Source: a virus | Length of the DNA: 64,000 nucleotides | IMG/VR virus record: IMGVR_UViG_3300045988_135886 | Reading direction: 5' to 3' (one strand) | Program-made: the position numbers and the translations under genes | The notes under the pieces: generated by a model | Told to the model about the DNA's origin: nothing | Seen by the model: the letters and a program-made list of their open reading frames with translations, nothing else | Databases searched by the model: none | Shown here: piece after piece, positions 48,585 through 57,114 of the stretch | Layout: each line of letters opens with the position of its first letter | How positions within the stretch are numbered: the first letter of the stretch is position 1

Positions 48585-50255
48585 ATGGCAGAAATTAAAG
48601 GAATTGATGTTTCCAGATGGAATGGAAACATCGACTGGAAAACTGTTGCTAGTTATGGAATGGGCTTCGCTATCCTAAGAATTACAGAAAAAGGAAATAT
48701 TGTTGATAGCACATTCGAACCTAATTATAAAGGCTGTATTGAGAATAAAATTCCTGTTGGAGTCTATAAATACAGCTATGCTACTACTATTGCTCAAATT
48801 AAAAATGAAGCAAATGTAGTTATTAAAACATTGAATAAAAGAAAACTGGATTATCCAGTGTTTCTTGATATAGAGGATAAATGTCAGGAGAATTTATCTG
48901 ACAATTTAATGATGAAAATGATCGAAGCGTTTAGAGCTATTATTGTCAAAGCTGGATATAAATTTGGTATTTACTGTGGTTATTCTTGGTATCAGTATCA
49001 ACTACCAGAAGGTGCTAAAAAGTATGATTGTTGGGTTGCCCGATATCCTAATAATGATACCGGTGAATTACAGGAAAGATTAAGAGTTCCTGCTTCTACT
49101 GGTGTTATTGGATGGCAATATTCTAGTAAGGCAACCATTCCTGGAATTCCAACAAAAACTGATCGAAGTGTATTCTATAAAGACTATTCTAAATCTTCTA
49201 CTACTTCTACAGACTCTCCCAAACCAACAACTACACAAGGAAGTGATACTATGAATAAAGATAAAGCTATTGATGCTCTTATTGCTTGCGCTGAAAATGA
49301 GGTTGGATATTTAGAGAAGAAATCTAATTCTCAGCTTGATGATAAAACTGCAAATGCAGGTTACAATAACTACACTAAATACTGGAGAGACGTATATCCT
49401 CAGTATCAGGCACAGGCTTGGTGTGCAGCGTTTGTGAGTTGGTGCATGATGAAAACATTCGGTCTTGATGTAGCTAAAAAACTCCTTAAACATTGGCCTT
49501 ATGTATACTGTCCTACTCTTGGAAATCTCTTTACAAAGTATGCAAATCCACAGCGAGGAGACATTGTGATCTTCTATCGTAACGGTACTTTTGCACATAC
49601 AGGAATTGTCACAAAAGTTGAAGGTGATAAGTTTTATACTATTGAAGGGAATACTTCAGCTGGCTCTACTGTTGTTCCAAATGGTGGAGGAGTTTTTGCT
49701 AAATCTTATTACAATTCTAATCTTCCAGGCACTAAATTCTGTCGTCCAGACTATTCTATTGTCACATCTATTTTAACATCTACTGCACCTGTACAGCCAT
49801 CTTATACTGCATGGGTAGGTTCTTGTACAGCTAATGGAACAGATGTATTCTCAGGCGCTACAGGAGCTTCTAAGTTAAGTACATATCCTAAACTTAATGC
49901 AGGTAATCTTGTGGATATCATCGGTGAATCTGGTACAAGATATCAGGTTCGTATCGCTGCAAAATATATAGGGTATGTAGAAAAATCTAACATTAAAAAT
50001 CCTAATACTCCTGCTGCAACAACTACAAAAAAATATCCATTTGTAGGAAAAGTAACTGCAAGTAAATTGAATGTTCGCAAAAAACCCGGTACTGAACATC
50101 CGGTACTTCCAGAGTATCCGATGTTAAATAAAGACAATCTTATTAATGTCCTCGGAGTTACAAAAGATACTAAAGGTGACAGATGGTACAAAGTATCAAT
50201 CACTAAAAAAGAATATGTTGGCTATGTATCAGCCAAATATATTACTAAGGCATAA
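48585..50255 (+). CDS. modular endolysin: GH25 muramidase + CHAP + two SH3 domains
   Basis: AAGGAGG RBS before the ATG at 48585. GIDVSRWNGNIDW...VFLDIED matches GH25. CAAFVSWC...HTGIV...EGNTS matches CHAP. Two SH3_3-like repeats lie at the C-terminus. Confidence 0.8.
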   Translation: MAEIKGIDVSRWNGNIDWKTVASYGMGFAILRITEKGNIVDSTFEPNYKGCIENKIPVGVYKYSYATTIAQIKNEANVVIKTLNKRKLDYPVFLDIEDKCQENLSDNLMMKMIEAFRAIIVKAGYKFGIYCGYSWYQYQLPEGAKKYDCWVARYPNNDTGELQERLRVPASTGVIGWQYSSKATIPGIPTKTDRSVFYKDYSKSSTTSTDSPKPTTTQGSDTMNKDKAIDALIACAENEVGYLEKKSNSQLDDKTANAGYNNYTKYWRDVYPQYQAQAWCAAFVSWCMMKTFGLDVAKKLLKHWPYVYCPTLGNLFTKYANPQRGDIVIFYRNGTFAHTGIVTKVEGDKFYTIEGNTSAGSTVVPNGGGVFAKSYYNSNLPGTKFCRPDYSIVTSILTSTAPVQPSYTAWVGSCTANGTDVFSGATGASKLSTYPKLNAGNLVDIIGESGTRYQVRIAAKYIGYVEKSNIKNPNTPAATTTKKYPFVGKVTASKLNVRKKPGTEHPVLPEYPMLNKDNLINVLGVTKDTKGDRWYKVSITKKEYVGYVSAKYITKA

Positions 50256-50266
50256 GGAGGTATATC

Positions 50267-50815
50267 ATGGGTATTGAACAGATACAGAAAATCCATGAGT
50301 TTGGTGAGATCAATGTGATCATATCTTTACTTCTTTGTGCAATGCTTGTTATAGCTTTAAAAGCTGGATGGGAGAAACTTCTTGATGTTCTTGGTCTCGA
50401 AACAAAAGCATCTCTACAGAAGAAAGCTTTAGAGAAGAAGTTGTCTGATATGGAACAGAAAATTGCTGATTTTGAGCAGTCTCAACATAATTATCATGAC
50501 CAGTCCATTAATATCAGAGATGATCTGAGAACAAATCAAAATACTCTAAGCACACAGCTTACTGATCTTACAACTTTGATGCAGAACTTTATAACTAATC
50601 AAGATGAGTGTACTGTAGCATCATTTAGAAGTTCTCTCTGGAGAATGCATAGAGACTTTATGGCACAAGGGTACATCACACCGGATGGATTAAAGACATT
50701 CCTAGAGATGGGAAAGCTTTATGAAAAGGCTGGTGGAAATGATATTTATCATGAGAAATTACTTCCAGATATTGAATCTCTGGAAGTCAGATATACAAAA
50801 GACAATGTACTATAA
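50267..50815 (+). CDS. N-terminally membrane-anchored coiled-coil protein (lysis-associated?)
   Basis: AAGGAGG RBS. One TM helix (INVIISLLLCAMLVIALKA). Lies immediately after the endolysin. Confidence 0.4.
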   Translation: MGIEQIQKIHEFGEINVIISLLLCAMLVIALKAGWEKLLDVLGLETKASLQKKALEKKLSDMEQKIADFEQSQHNYHDQSINIRDDLRTNQNTLSTQLTDLTTLMQNFITNQDECTVASFRSSLWRMHRDFMAQGYITPDGLKTFLEMGKLYEKAGGNDIYHEKLLPDIESLEVRYTKDNVL

Positions 50816-50820
50816 TTTAT

Positions 50821-50849
50821 GGGTAGTCAAGCATTATACTTGGCTACCC
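50821..50849. terminator. bidirectional terminator
   Basis: gggtagtcaag-cattata-cttggctaccc followed by attttttta. Lies between convergent genes. Confidence 0.7.
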
Positions 50850-50855
50850 ATTTTT

Positions 50856-51122
50856 TTACTTTGATTCTTTATCAAGCATATTCCGAACGTCTTCTACAGA
50901 AAGTCCTTTTTCTCGAAGTAATTTGGCAAGATCTTTCATAGACTGTTCTTCTTTTACGGCTGCTTCTTTCTTCTCTGCTGCAACAAGATCTTTAGAAAGA
51001 TTCTTTTTCTGCACTCTCAAGCCTTTGATATCTTCTGTAAGCTTAGTAATTTGTTCTTCTATAGATGTAATTTGTGCCTTAATTTCTTCTGATGTAAGCT
51101 CTACTTTTCTTACTCTTGCCAT
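50856..51122 (-). CDS. small coiled-coil protein
   Basis: 88-aa K/E-rich ORF next to the attP region. Confidence 0.55.
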   Translation of the reverse strand: MARVRKVELTSEEIKAQITSIEEQITKLTEDIKGLRVQKKNLSKDLVAAEKKEAAVKEEQSMKDLAKLLREKGLSVEDVRNMLDKESK

Positions 51123-51147
51123 TTTTTAACTACCTCTTTTCGATTTA

Positions 51148-51169
51148 ATAAGGGTGAAATAAGGGTGAA
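51148..51169 (+). repeat. two tandem 11-bp repeats ATAAGGGTGAA (candidate integrase arm-type sites, left arm)
   Basis: Direct tandem copies at 51148-51158 and 51159-51169. Confidence 0.6.
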
Positions 51170-51217
51170 GTTTTTAAGAAGTGCTTGTTTTATAAGGCTC
51201 TAAGTCGGTTTTTCATG

Positions 51218-51258
51218 GGTACCGGAAACCACTGCTCTATCCACTGAGCTACAGGCGC
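51218..51258 (-). other. 5' 41 nt of a tRNA-Arg(CCG)-like gene: candidate attP core
   Basis: Minus strand reads GCGCCTG-TA-GCTC-AGTGGATA-GAGC-A-GTGGT-TTCCGGT-ACC. That is the acceptor 5' strand, a complete D arm, and the anticodon stem with a CCG loop. There is no T arm or 3' acceptor strand after it. Confidence 0.6.
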
Positions 51259-51388
51259 GTATCTTGAAAATCAATCTTTTGAAACCTTTGTAAATACTGA
51301 AAAGTATTGATTTTACTGGCTTTAAAGCCACTTTATAAGAGATATTCAGTTGTCAAACTTGATACCTAGTCGTGTTAGTTTATACCCT

Positions 51389-51463
51389 TTTCACCCTATT
51401 AAATTTAATTCATAAGGGGGAAATAAGGGGGAATATTTCATTTTCCGCATTGATAAGGGGGAA
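51389..51463 (+). repeat. cluster of 11-bp repeats ATAAGGGGGAA (three direct copies) plus one inverted TTCACCCTAT (candidate arm-type sites, right arm)
   Basis: Direct copies at 51412-51422, 51423-51433 and 51453-51463. Inverted copy at 51389-51399. Confidence 0.6.
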
Positions 51464-51600
51464 ATAATTATTGCTTCATCCTTATCCTTATGCTATAATT
51501 TACTTAACACATAATTCATATTATCATAATTTTGGAAAAAAGTAAAGTTTTTTATTTTGTAAGTAAAATTAGTGTAATTTTGTACAACGGAGGGATGTAT

Positions 51601-52794
51601 ATGGCAAGAAGGGAAAAAGGTTCAGGATCATGGGATACTGTAACAAAGAATGACATTACATACTATAGGTACCGTAAGAAATATAATGGTATGACAAGCC
51701 GGAAAGAATTTGTAGGAAGGACAAAAGCTGATGTAAAACGCAAGATACAAGAATTTGAAGCTAAGAGTATGAGGGTTAACCAAAAAGATTATCGTAAGAT
51801 GACTCTTGGGGAATGTATAGATAATATCCTGCAGACGTTGGAGCCGACTTTCAAGACAAATAACTATGCTACTCTTCAGTCTACAAATCGCTGCTATATT
51901 AAAACTAATCCGATTGCTGATGTTCAGATGGCTGCTATAGACAAGATTGTCATTCAAACATACTATACAAATATGTCGAAGAAATATTCTGAGAGCACTG
52001 TTAAAAAGACACGCACTCTTTTCAATATTGTTTTCGACTATCTTGTATCCTGTAACATTATCACAGAGAATCCTGCAAAAGGGATTAAGATGCCGCATAA
52101 GTCAAAATATGCAGTACAGAAGAAAGAACACTCTTTCTTATCTTTAGAAGAAGCTGAGAAGTTTTATAAGACGGCTCTTATGAAAGCAAATTCTGCTTTG
52201 CCAGGCGTAAAGACAGGTGATTACATCTATGGACGTAATGCTAGGTTCTGTCTGTTAGTTCTTTATACTGGTATGCGTATAGGAGAAGCTTATGCTCTCA
52301 CATGGAAAGATATAGATTTTAAGAATAATACCATTAACATAGATAAGACAATGGAGCGTATCAAAGTAGATAGCAAATATCAGTGGCTCATAGATACACC
52401 AAAACGTCCTAAGTCAATCAGAGTTATTCCTCTGGCAAATCGTGCAAAGGAACAGCTGCTCTGGCTTAAAACTGTGTCTCCTGGACTGGAAGCATCCGGA
52501 GATGACCATATATTCGTAACTAAGAACAATATTCCACCATCACAGTCAACTCTTACCAGGACGCTTAAAGCGATCCTCAAGAGAGCCGGCATCGAATCTA
52601 ATGGTTTCGGCCTACATGATCTTAGGCATTCGTTCGGATCTATGCTGCTGCAGAAAGGATGGGAACAGAACCAGCCTGTAGATATTAAGGTAATATCAGA
52701 GATACTTGGACATGAAGATGTTTCCACAACTTATAACATATATATGCATATCATGAATAAACATAAATCAGAAGTCATAAATTTACTTGATTAA
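51601..52794 (+). CDS. int: tyrosine recombinase / phage integrase
   Basis: GGAGGG RBS before the ATG at 51601. Motifs GMRIGEAYALTWKDIDF, HDLRHSFGS and LGHEDVSTTYNIYMH (the R..HxxR..Y catalytic pattern). Confidence 0.85.
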   Translation: MARREKGSGSWDTVTKNDITYYRYRKKYNGMTSRKEFVGRTKADVKRKIQEFEAKSMRVNQKDYRKMTLGECIDNILQTLEPTFKTNNYATLQSTNRCYIKTNPIADVQMAAIDKIVIQTYYTNMSKKYSESTVKKTRTLFNIVFDYLVSCNIITENPAKGIKMPHKSKYAVQKKEHSFLSLEEAEKFYKTALMKANSALPGVKTGDYIYGRNARFCLLVLYTGMRIGEAYALTWKDIDFKNNTINIDKTMERIKVDSKYQWLIDTPKRPKSIRVIPLANRAKEQLLWLKTVSPGLEASGDDHIFVTKNNIPPSQSTLTRTLKAILKRAGIESNGFGLHDLRHSFGSMLLQKGWEQNQPVDIKVISEILGHEDVSTTYNIYMHIMNKHKSEVINLLD

Positions 52795-52800
52795 AAATAA

Positions 52801-52829
52801 GGGAGTTATATCATTTCGATATAGCTCCC
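52801..52829. terminator. bidirectional terminator
   Basis: gggagttatatc-atttc-gatatagctccc followed by atttttta. Confidence 0.65.
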
Positions 52830-52837
52830 ATTTTTTA

Positions 52838-53020
52838 CTATAAAAATATTGTTTTACGTATATTATCAGATATCCATTTAAGATACTTTTCTTTAGGAAT
52901 CCTGTATGTATTTCCTATTTTTATTTTAGGAAAAGAACTTAGTTGAATAAGCTGATATGTTTTGTTACGTCCTATTTTTAGATGTTTTTGTATATCTGTT
53001 GGAGTTAACATTTCATCCAT
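52838..53020 (-). CDS. excisionase-like helix-turn-helix protein
   Basis: ATG at 53020 after an AAGGAG RBS. MLTPTDIQKHLKIGRNKTYQLIQ...IGNTYRIPKEKYLKWI matches the excisionase/MerR-type HTH pattern. Adjacent to int. Confidence 0.6.
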   Translation of the reverse strand: MDEMLTPTDIQKHLKIGRNKTYQLIQLSSFPKIKIGNTYRIPKEKYLKWISDNIRKTIFL

Positions 53021-53538
53021 TCCATACTCCTTTTGATTATATGAGCCATATTTAAAGGACTCCATGAATAGCCTTTATTTGAAATTACATAATCTACTTC
53101 ATCCTTAATACCATCAAATTGACCCACATCAGATAGATTTCTCCTATAGGCTTCTTCTATGTCGTCACCACGTTCCAGAATTTTAATTAATCTATCCCTT
53201 CGAGGAACATCAATATAGAAAGATATAATATGCAAATCTTTGTTCTTCTTTAATTGTCTGAGCCCATGAGGAGTCAAGACAACTACTTTATCATCTGTAC
53301 AGTCTTCTTTGGCTGTTCCATATTGCCAACCATTGTAAGAAGCATGTTCAGCAAAAAGATCTTTTTCTATCATATCATTAAATTGCTCTTCTGTAATAAA
53401 ATGATATGTTTCTCCATCTACATCTTCTTTTCTCATAGGTCTAGTAGTATATGTAACTATTTTATTAAAACCTAAAGCAATAAGCTCTCTTTCGATAGAA
53501 CTTTTACCTGATGCTGATTCTCCTACAAGTACTATCAT
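53005..53538 (-). CDS. guanylate kinase-family (d)NMP kinase
   Basis: P-loop GESASGKSS. TTRPMRKEDVDGETYHF motif. Confidence 0.7.
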   Translation of the reverse strand: MIVLVGESASGKSSIERELIALGFNKIVTYTTRPMRKEDVDGETYHFITEEQFNDMIEKDLFAEHASYNGWQYGTAKEDCTDDKVVVLTPHGLRQLKKNKDLHIISFYIDVPRRDRLIKILERGDDIEEAYRRNLSDVGQFDGIKDEVDYVISNKGYSWSPLNMAHIIKRSMEWMKC

Positions 53539-54215
53539 TCTTTAGTCTCCTTTGTATAAGTAATTAACTCTTTAGCATAAGGAAGAGTTAAAATCCAATC
53601 ACAGAACTGATGCCATTCAGTTAATTTATGAGACTTCCTCTGAAAATACATAGAACGAAGATTCTCATAATTCAAACTGAGAGTTCTTGTCTGAAGCCAT
53701 CCATTAGGCAACCAACGTACTAAAGCTTTCCAATAGCGTTTGTCTTTAGTCTCAAGATATTTCTGTCTATAATGCTCACACTGATTAATAATAGTTGTTG
53801 GGTCTTCAATCTCTGAATCGAAATCGTCTGTTTCAAAACATTCCAAAGTAATAGGTGTACTAGCAAGTTTGTGCATTGTACTGGAACTATTAGCTACTGT
53901 TCCTACTTTGTATGTATCGTACTCTTTCCACCAATAAAGCGGTGCGGTAATAGTAACAGCTACAGAAATCTGTCTTAAAAATTTTCTATGCTCTGGTCCG
54001 GCACTGATAAGTCTCTGACATAAATCCATATCGTTTGGACCAATAATATAATCCGTCATACCACACTGGTCATAAGGCCCGTCATCAAATGGGCATTCAC
54101 CACATTCGGCAAGCACACAAGAAACACTATCACTCTTATTATGAGACATTAACGGCAGTCTCATTCCATAAAGTGCTTCCTCAAAGTTATATACATGTGT
54201 TCTTTCAAATTTCAT
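53535..54215 (-). CDS. divergent ThyX-like (flavin-dependent thymidylate synthase fold) protein
   Basis: ATG at 54215 after a GGAGGG RBS. ...TITAPLYWWKEYDTYKVGTVANSSSTMHKL... and ...NYENLRSMYFQRKSHKLTEWHQF... align by eye with the ThyX core, but the RHR motif is replaced (DTY). Confidence 0.45.
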   Translation of the reverse strand: MKFERTHVYNFEEALYGMRLPLMSHNKSDSVSCVLAECGECPFDDGPYDQCGMTDYIIGPNDMDLCQRLISAGPEHRKFLRQISVAVTITAPLYWWKEYDTYKVGTVANSSSTMHKLASTPITLECFETDDFDSEIEDPTTIINQCEHYRQKYLETKDKRYWKALVRWLPNGWLQTRTLSLNYENLRSMYFQRKSHKLTEWHQFCDWILTLPYAKELITYTKETKE

Positions 54216-54217
54216 AA

Positions 54218-54445
54218 TTAAACCCTCCACTTTTTAATAGCTTTATTAAAAATTTCTATATCTATTTCTGGACCCATAATATTTATGTCAATATCTTTTG
54301 GTAATCCAAAAGATAAGACTCCCAGAATAGACTTTAAATCAATAACATATCTTCCGAACTGTGCATCAATATCACAATTTTTAAATCTATTGGCAATACT
54401 GACGATTTCTGTAGCATCTGTTGAATCATTCAGTCGAATTTTCAT
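54218..54445 (-). CDS. HPr/Crh-like small protein
   Basis: VIDLKSILGVLSFGLPKDIDINIMG aligns by eye with the HPr segment NLKSIMGVMSLGIAKGAEITISASG (Ser46 region). There is no His15-equivalent context. Confidence 0.45.
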   Translation of the reverse strand: MKIRLNDSTDATEIVSIANRFKNCDIDAQFGRYVIDLKSILGVLSFGLPKDIDINIMGPEIDIEIFNKAIKKWRV

Positions 54446-54566
54446 CTTTATCCTTTCTTTTTGTTAAATAGTATGATATAGCGTAGATGGTTGTTCTATA
54501 CGCTTCACTTATACACAACCAATACACATTTTTCTTTAGAGGCACTCTATTCAGCGCCTCTATTTT

Positions 54567-55082
54567 TTATTTATCTGTACTTCCAAATCCACCATTACGA
54601 GTACCCTCAGTATTATCATCTTCTGTAATTCCATAAGGTAAGAAAATCCCCTGACAGAAGCCATCACCTTTAGCTACTTTCATAGTTTTAACTCCTTCAT
54701 TGGTAATTTTAACCATAATATGGCCTTCGTTATCTGAATAGAAATAATCACTGTCAATGATGCCAACTGTGTTCTCAAGTCTTATTCTATATTTAAAACC
54801 TAAACCACTTCTTGGAAACAACATTAGCACCCAATCATTGTTCATTCCGCAACGAATACCAGTTGGAATCTTAATTGTTTCTCCCGGCTCTAACACAAAT
54901 GACAATGGTGAATAGAAGTCATAGCCAGCACTACCTTTAGTTGCTCTCTGAGGAAGTTCAATAGGGTAATATGCATCTTTAATTGTTTTATCAGTAATCA
55001 TTGATGGCTTACTGAATGAATCTTTCCATGCTGTTTCAAACTGTTCATAAGATACTTTTTCAAATTTTGCAACTCTTTTCAT
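54567..55082 (-). CDS. dut: dUTP diphosphatase
   Basis: Motifs AGYDFYSP, RSGLG, GIIDSDY and GGFGSTD. Confidence 0.8.
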   Translation of the reverse strand: MKRVAKFEKVSYEQFETAWKDSFSKPSMITDKTIKDAYYPIELPQRATKGSAGYDFYSPLSFVLEPGETIKIPTGIRCGMNNDWVLMLFPRSGLGFKYRIRLENTVGIIDSDYFYSDNEGHIMVKITNEGVKTMKVAKGDGFCQGIFLPYGITEDDNTEGTRNGGFGSTDK

Positions 55083-55771
55083 TTACAAATCTCCTTTTTT
55101 AAATATTCAATATATTTGTCCCATTCACCCAATGAATGGATATATTCTTTAGTTTTTAAACATTTTTTCTTCATATCTTTTTTCAAATCAATTGTCCTAT
55201 ACTGCTTACTTTTTTGAAGTTTATTGGTCAAAAAAGCGTCAGTTACCCTAGAGACTAACAAGTAATCCTTGTTGTCCATAGAATCCAAAATAGCATTGTA
55301 TTCTGCTAAATCTTCCTCAGGAATAGGGTAATCACATTTGGGTAAGTTCTTAGTCGAGAAAGGACTAATATCTGATCCTGCAGTTGCAGGTTTAAGAAAA
55401 GATGCTATGTATTCTAACTTACGAGCATGGAACTTAAATTCTATTTCTTTATCATTTTCCATGATACTTCGTACAGTTCCTTCATCTTCAAGTGCTTTGT
55501 ATAATTCTTCATAAGTCTTATATTCCGGCAACCCAATATCATTAGCTATAGCTTTTAAAATATTGTGTCCTCTTCCTATAGATGGGATATAAGCTACAAG
55601 AGTAGAAAAACCATAATGATATATCTGAGCACCACCATAACATTTAATATAAATATCATCAAAACTTGGATCTATTCCTCCAGAATCATCTCTGGGATAA
55701 TCATTGGTACTTTGATCTATTGCAGCTTTTAGTCTGTAAGTACCTTTATATTTCATTAGATATTTTGCCAT
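55079..55771 (-). CDS. hypothetical protein
   Basis: AGAGG RBS. 230 aa. Confidence 0.7.
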   Translation of the reverse strand: MAKYLMKYKGTYRLKAAIDQSTNDYPRDDSGGIDPSFDDIYIKCYGGAQIYHYGFSTLVAYIPSIGRGHNILKAIANDIGLPEYKTYEELYKALEDEGTVRSIMENDKEIEFKFHARKLEYIASFLKPATAGSDISPFSTKNLPKCDYPIPEEDLAEYNAILDSMDNKDYLLVSRVTDAFLTNKLQKSKQYRTIDLKKDMKKKCLKTKEYIHSLGEWDKYIEYLKKEICK

Positions 55772-55962
55772 TTAAAAACCTCTTTAGAATCAGTTCCTTT
55801 CTTAAATCCAAAGAACGGAACATCTTCTTTAAAAATATAATCATCATTAATATAGTAACATGGATGCTCTTTTGTTTTTATAAAGAAGCATTCCTCTTGC
55901 GTTAACTCACAACAGTTAAATAAATAGCTTTCTCTATAATAATCACAATTGAGACAATTCAT
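55756..55962 (-). CDS. hypothetical Cys-rich protein
   Basis: GAGAGGA RBS. N-terminus MNCLNCDYY...CCE...C. Confidence 0.6.
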   Translation of the reverse strand: MNCLNCDYYRESYLFNCCELTQEECFFIKTKEHPCYYINDDYIFKEDVPFFGFKKGTDSKEVFKWQNI

Positions 55963-55966
55963 TAAA

Positions 55967-56224
55967 TCACTGTCCTCTCATTTCCTTAATAATTTCTTTA
56001 TATATTGGATTGCAATCTTTATATTTACTTGATTGCAAAATTTCTAAGACCAATGTTTCTTTGTCTGTATTAAATCCAAGCGTAAATTTAGGAAATAATA
56101 TACCTCCTGATACTCTAAATGGAGGACTAATTTTTACTGAATTAATCTTTTTTAGTCTTTTGATACAGTCGTGATATGAATATACTGGATTCACTTGATA
56201 ATACTTTCTATTTCTCCAATCCAT
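55967..56224 (-). CDS. hypothetical protein
   Basis: GGAGG RBS. Confidence 0.65.
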   Translation of the reverse strand: MDWRNRKYYQVNPVYSYHDCIKRLKKINSVKISPPFRVSGGILFPKFTLGFNTDKETLVLEILQSSKYKDCNPIYKEIIKEMRGQ

Positions 56225-56442
56225 TAAATCCTTGCCTCCATATTTATAAAATCTATAATCTCACCATTGTCTTTCTTCTCTTCCATATCCTTTATAGCAT
56301 CTTCAATTGAATCAAATTTACAAGTGCAAATGTGTCCTTTTGTAAGATTTACGAAAGAATATGTATGGTCTAATTTATTCATCATAATAGACACAACTAC
56401 ATTATCTTTTTCTCTTATAACTAAATATATATTATCCTTCAT
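56224..56442 (-). CDS. hypothetical protein
   Basis: GAGGAG RBS. Confidence 0.65.
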   Translation of the reverse strand: MKDNIYLVIREKDNVVVSIMMNKLDHTYSFVNLTKGHICTCKFDSIEDAIKDMEEKKDNGEIIDFINMEARI

Positions 56443-56497
56443 CTTTTAAACTCCTCTGCTAAGATTTCAAATTCCACATCCACATTATCACGTAACT

Positions 56498-56617
56498 TTA
56501 ACTCATTAATAATGGTAATAAAAACGCCCATAAGCACCATGGCGATTCTGTAATTTTCATACCTATTATTACTGCTACAGCAGTTGAAATCCATGCTATT
56601 GCTTTTGCAAATTCCAT
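56498..56617 (-). CDS. possible 39-aa membrane peptide
   Basis: Not in the track. AAGGAG RBS. Sequence: MEFAKAIAWISTAVAVIIGMKITESPWCLWAFLLPLLMS. Confidence 0.3.
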   Translation of the reverse strand: MEFAKAIAWISTAVAVIIGMKITESPWCLWAFLLPLLMS

Positions 56618-56620
56618 ATT

Positions 56621-56842
56621 CTAATTCTCCTTCAATACCATAATAACTGCATTACACATACCAATAATCTTTTGAAATTTTTCATCTTTCGAATGAACGT
56701 TTGCACTAGATAAGGCATATCCATTTTCTGCAATTTCTTTTATTGCTGACATCCATTCAACAACAATGTTACTACCAGATTTTTCTTTAAGCTGATTTTC
56801 AGCATACATTCTTTCTTTATCAATAACTTCTTTATCAATCAT
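56621..56842 (-). CDS. hypothetical protein
   Basis: GAGGA RBS. Confidence 0.65.
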   Translation of the reverse strand: MIDKEVIDKERMYAENQLKEKSGSNIVVEWMSAIKEIAENGYALSSANVHSKDEKFQKIIGMCNAVIMVLKEN

Positions 56843-56844
56843 TG

Positions 56845-57114
56845 TTAATATTCCTCATAGTCAGTCTCATCACTGATATTTAATTTATGTTTCTCAGCTT
56901 CATGTACTTTATTCAATGCGACTTTTTTACTATCAAATACTACTTCTCCTACAGTATTAAATCCTAAGAGATACTCATGTTTATCTCTTTTATCCATACC
57001 TACAAAGTAGGTGTCTGTGACTGTACGAACAGTCAAATCACAGACATCATAGATACCTACTGTAGGGAAAATTCTTGTATAATAGAGCTTGTCACCTTTT
57101 TCTATTACTTTCAT
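56845..57114 (-). CDS. hypothetical protein
   Basis: GGAG RBS. Start overlaps the stop of the RNR gene. Confidence 0.65.
   Translation of the reverse strand: MKVIEKGDKLYYTRIFPTVGIYDVCDLTVRTVTDTYFVGMDKRDKHEYLLGFNTVGEVVFDSKKVALNKVHEAEKHKLNISDETDYEEY

Noticed and set aside
50267-50815. A spanin downstream of the endolysin.
   Set aside because: The translation and terminator signals and the SH3/CHAP endolysin point to a Gram-positive host, where spanins are not expected. It is kept as a membrane-anchored protein of unknown role.
51181-51258. A complete tRNA gene on the minus strand.
   Set aside because: Only the first ~41 nt fit the cloverleaf. The anticodon stem's 3' side pairs for only 3 bp. 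There is no GTTCRANYC T-loop and no 3' acceptor strand (CAGGCGC) downstream.
51148-51463. A mini CRISPR-like array made of the 11-bp repeats.
   Set aside because: The repeats are far too short and partly tandem without spacers. One copy is inverted and there are no cas genes. The pattern fits integrase arm-type sites.
51532-51600. Upstream extensions of several track ORFs: int 51532, endolysin 48528, 45332, 42897, 40788, 24778, 54230, 53065 and 8547.
   Set aside because: In each case an internal ATG, TTG or GTG is preceded by a canonical AGGAGG-like RBS at 5-10 nt. The track's start has no RBS, or it overlaps a terminator or the upstream gene.
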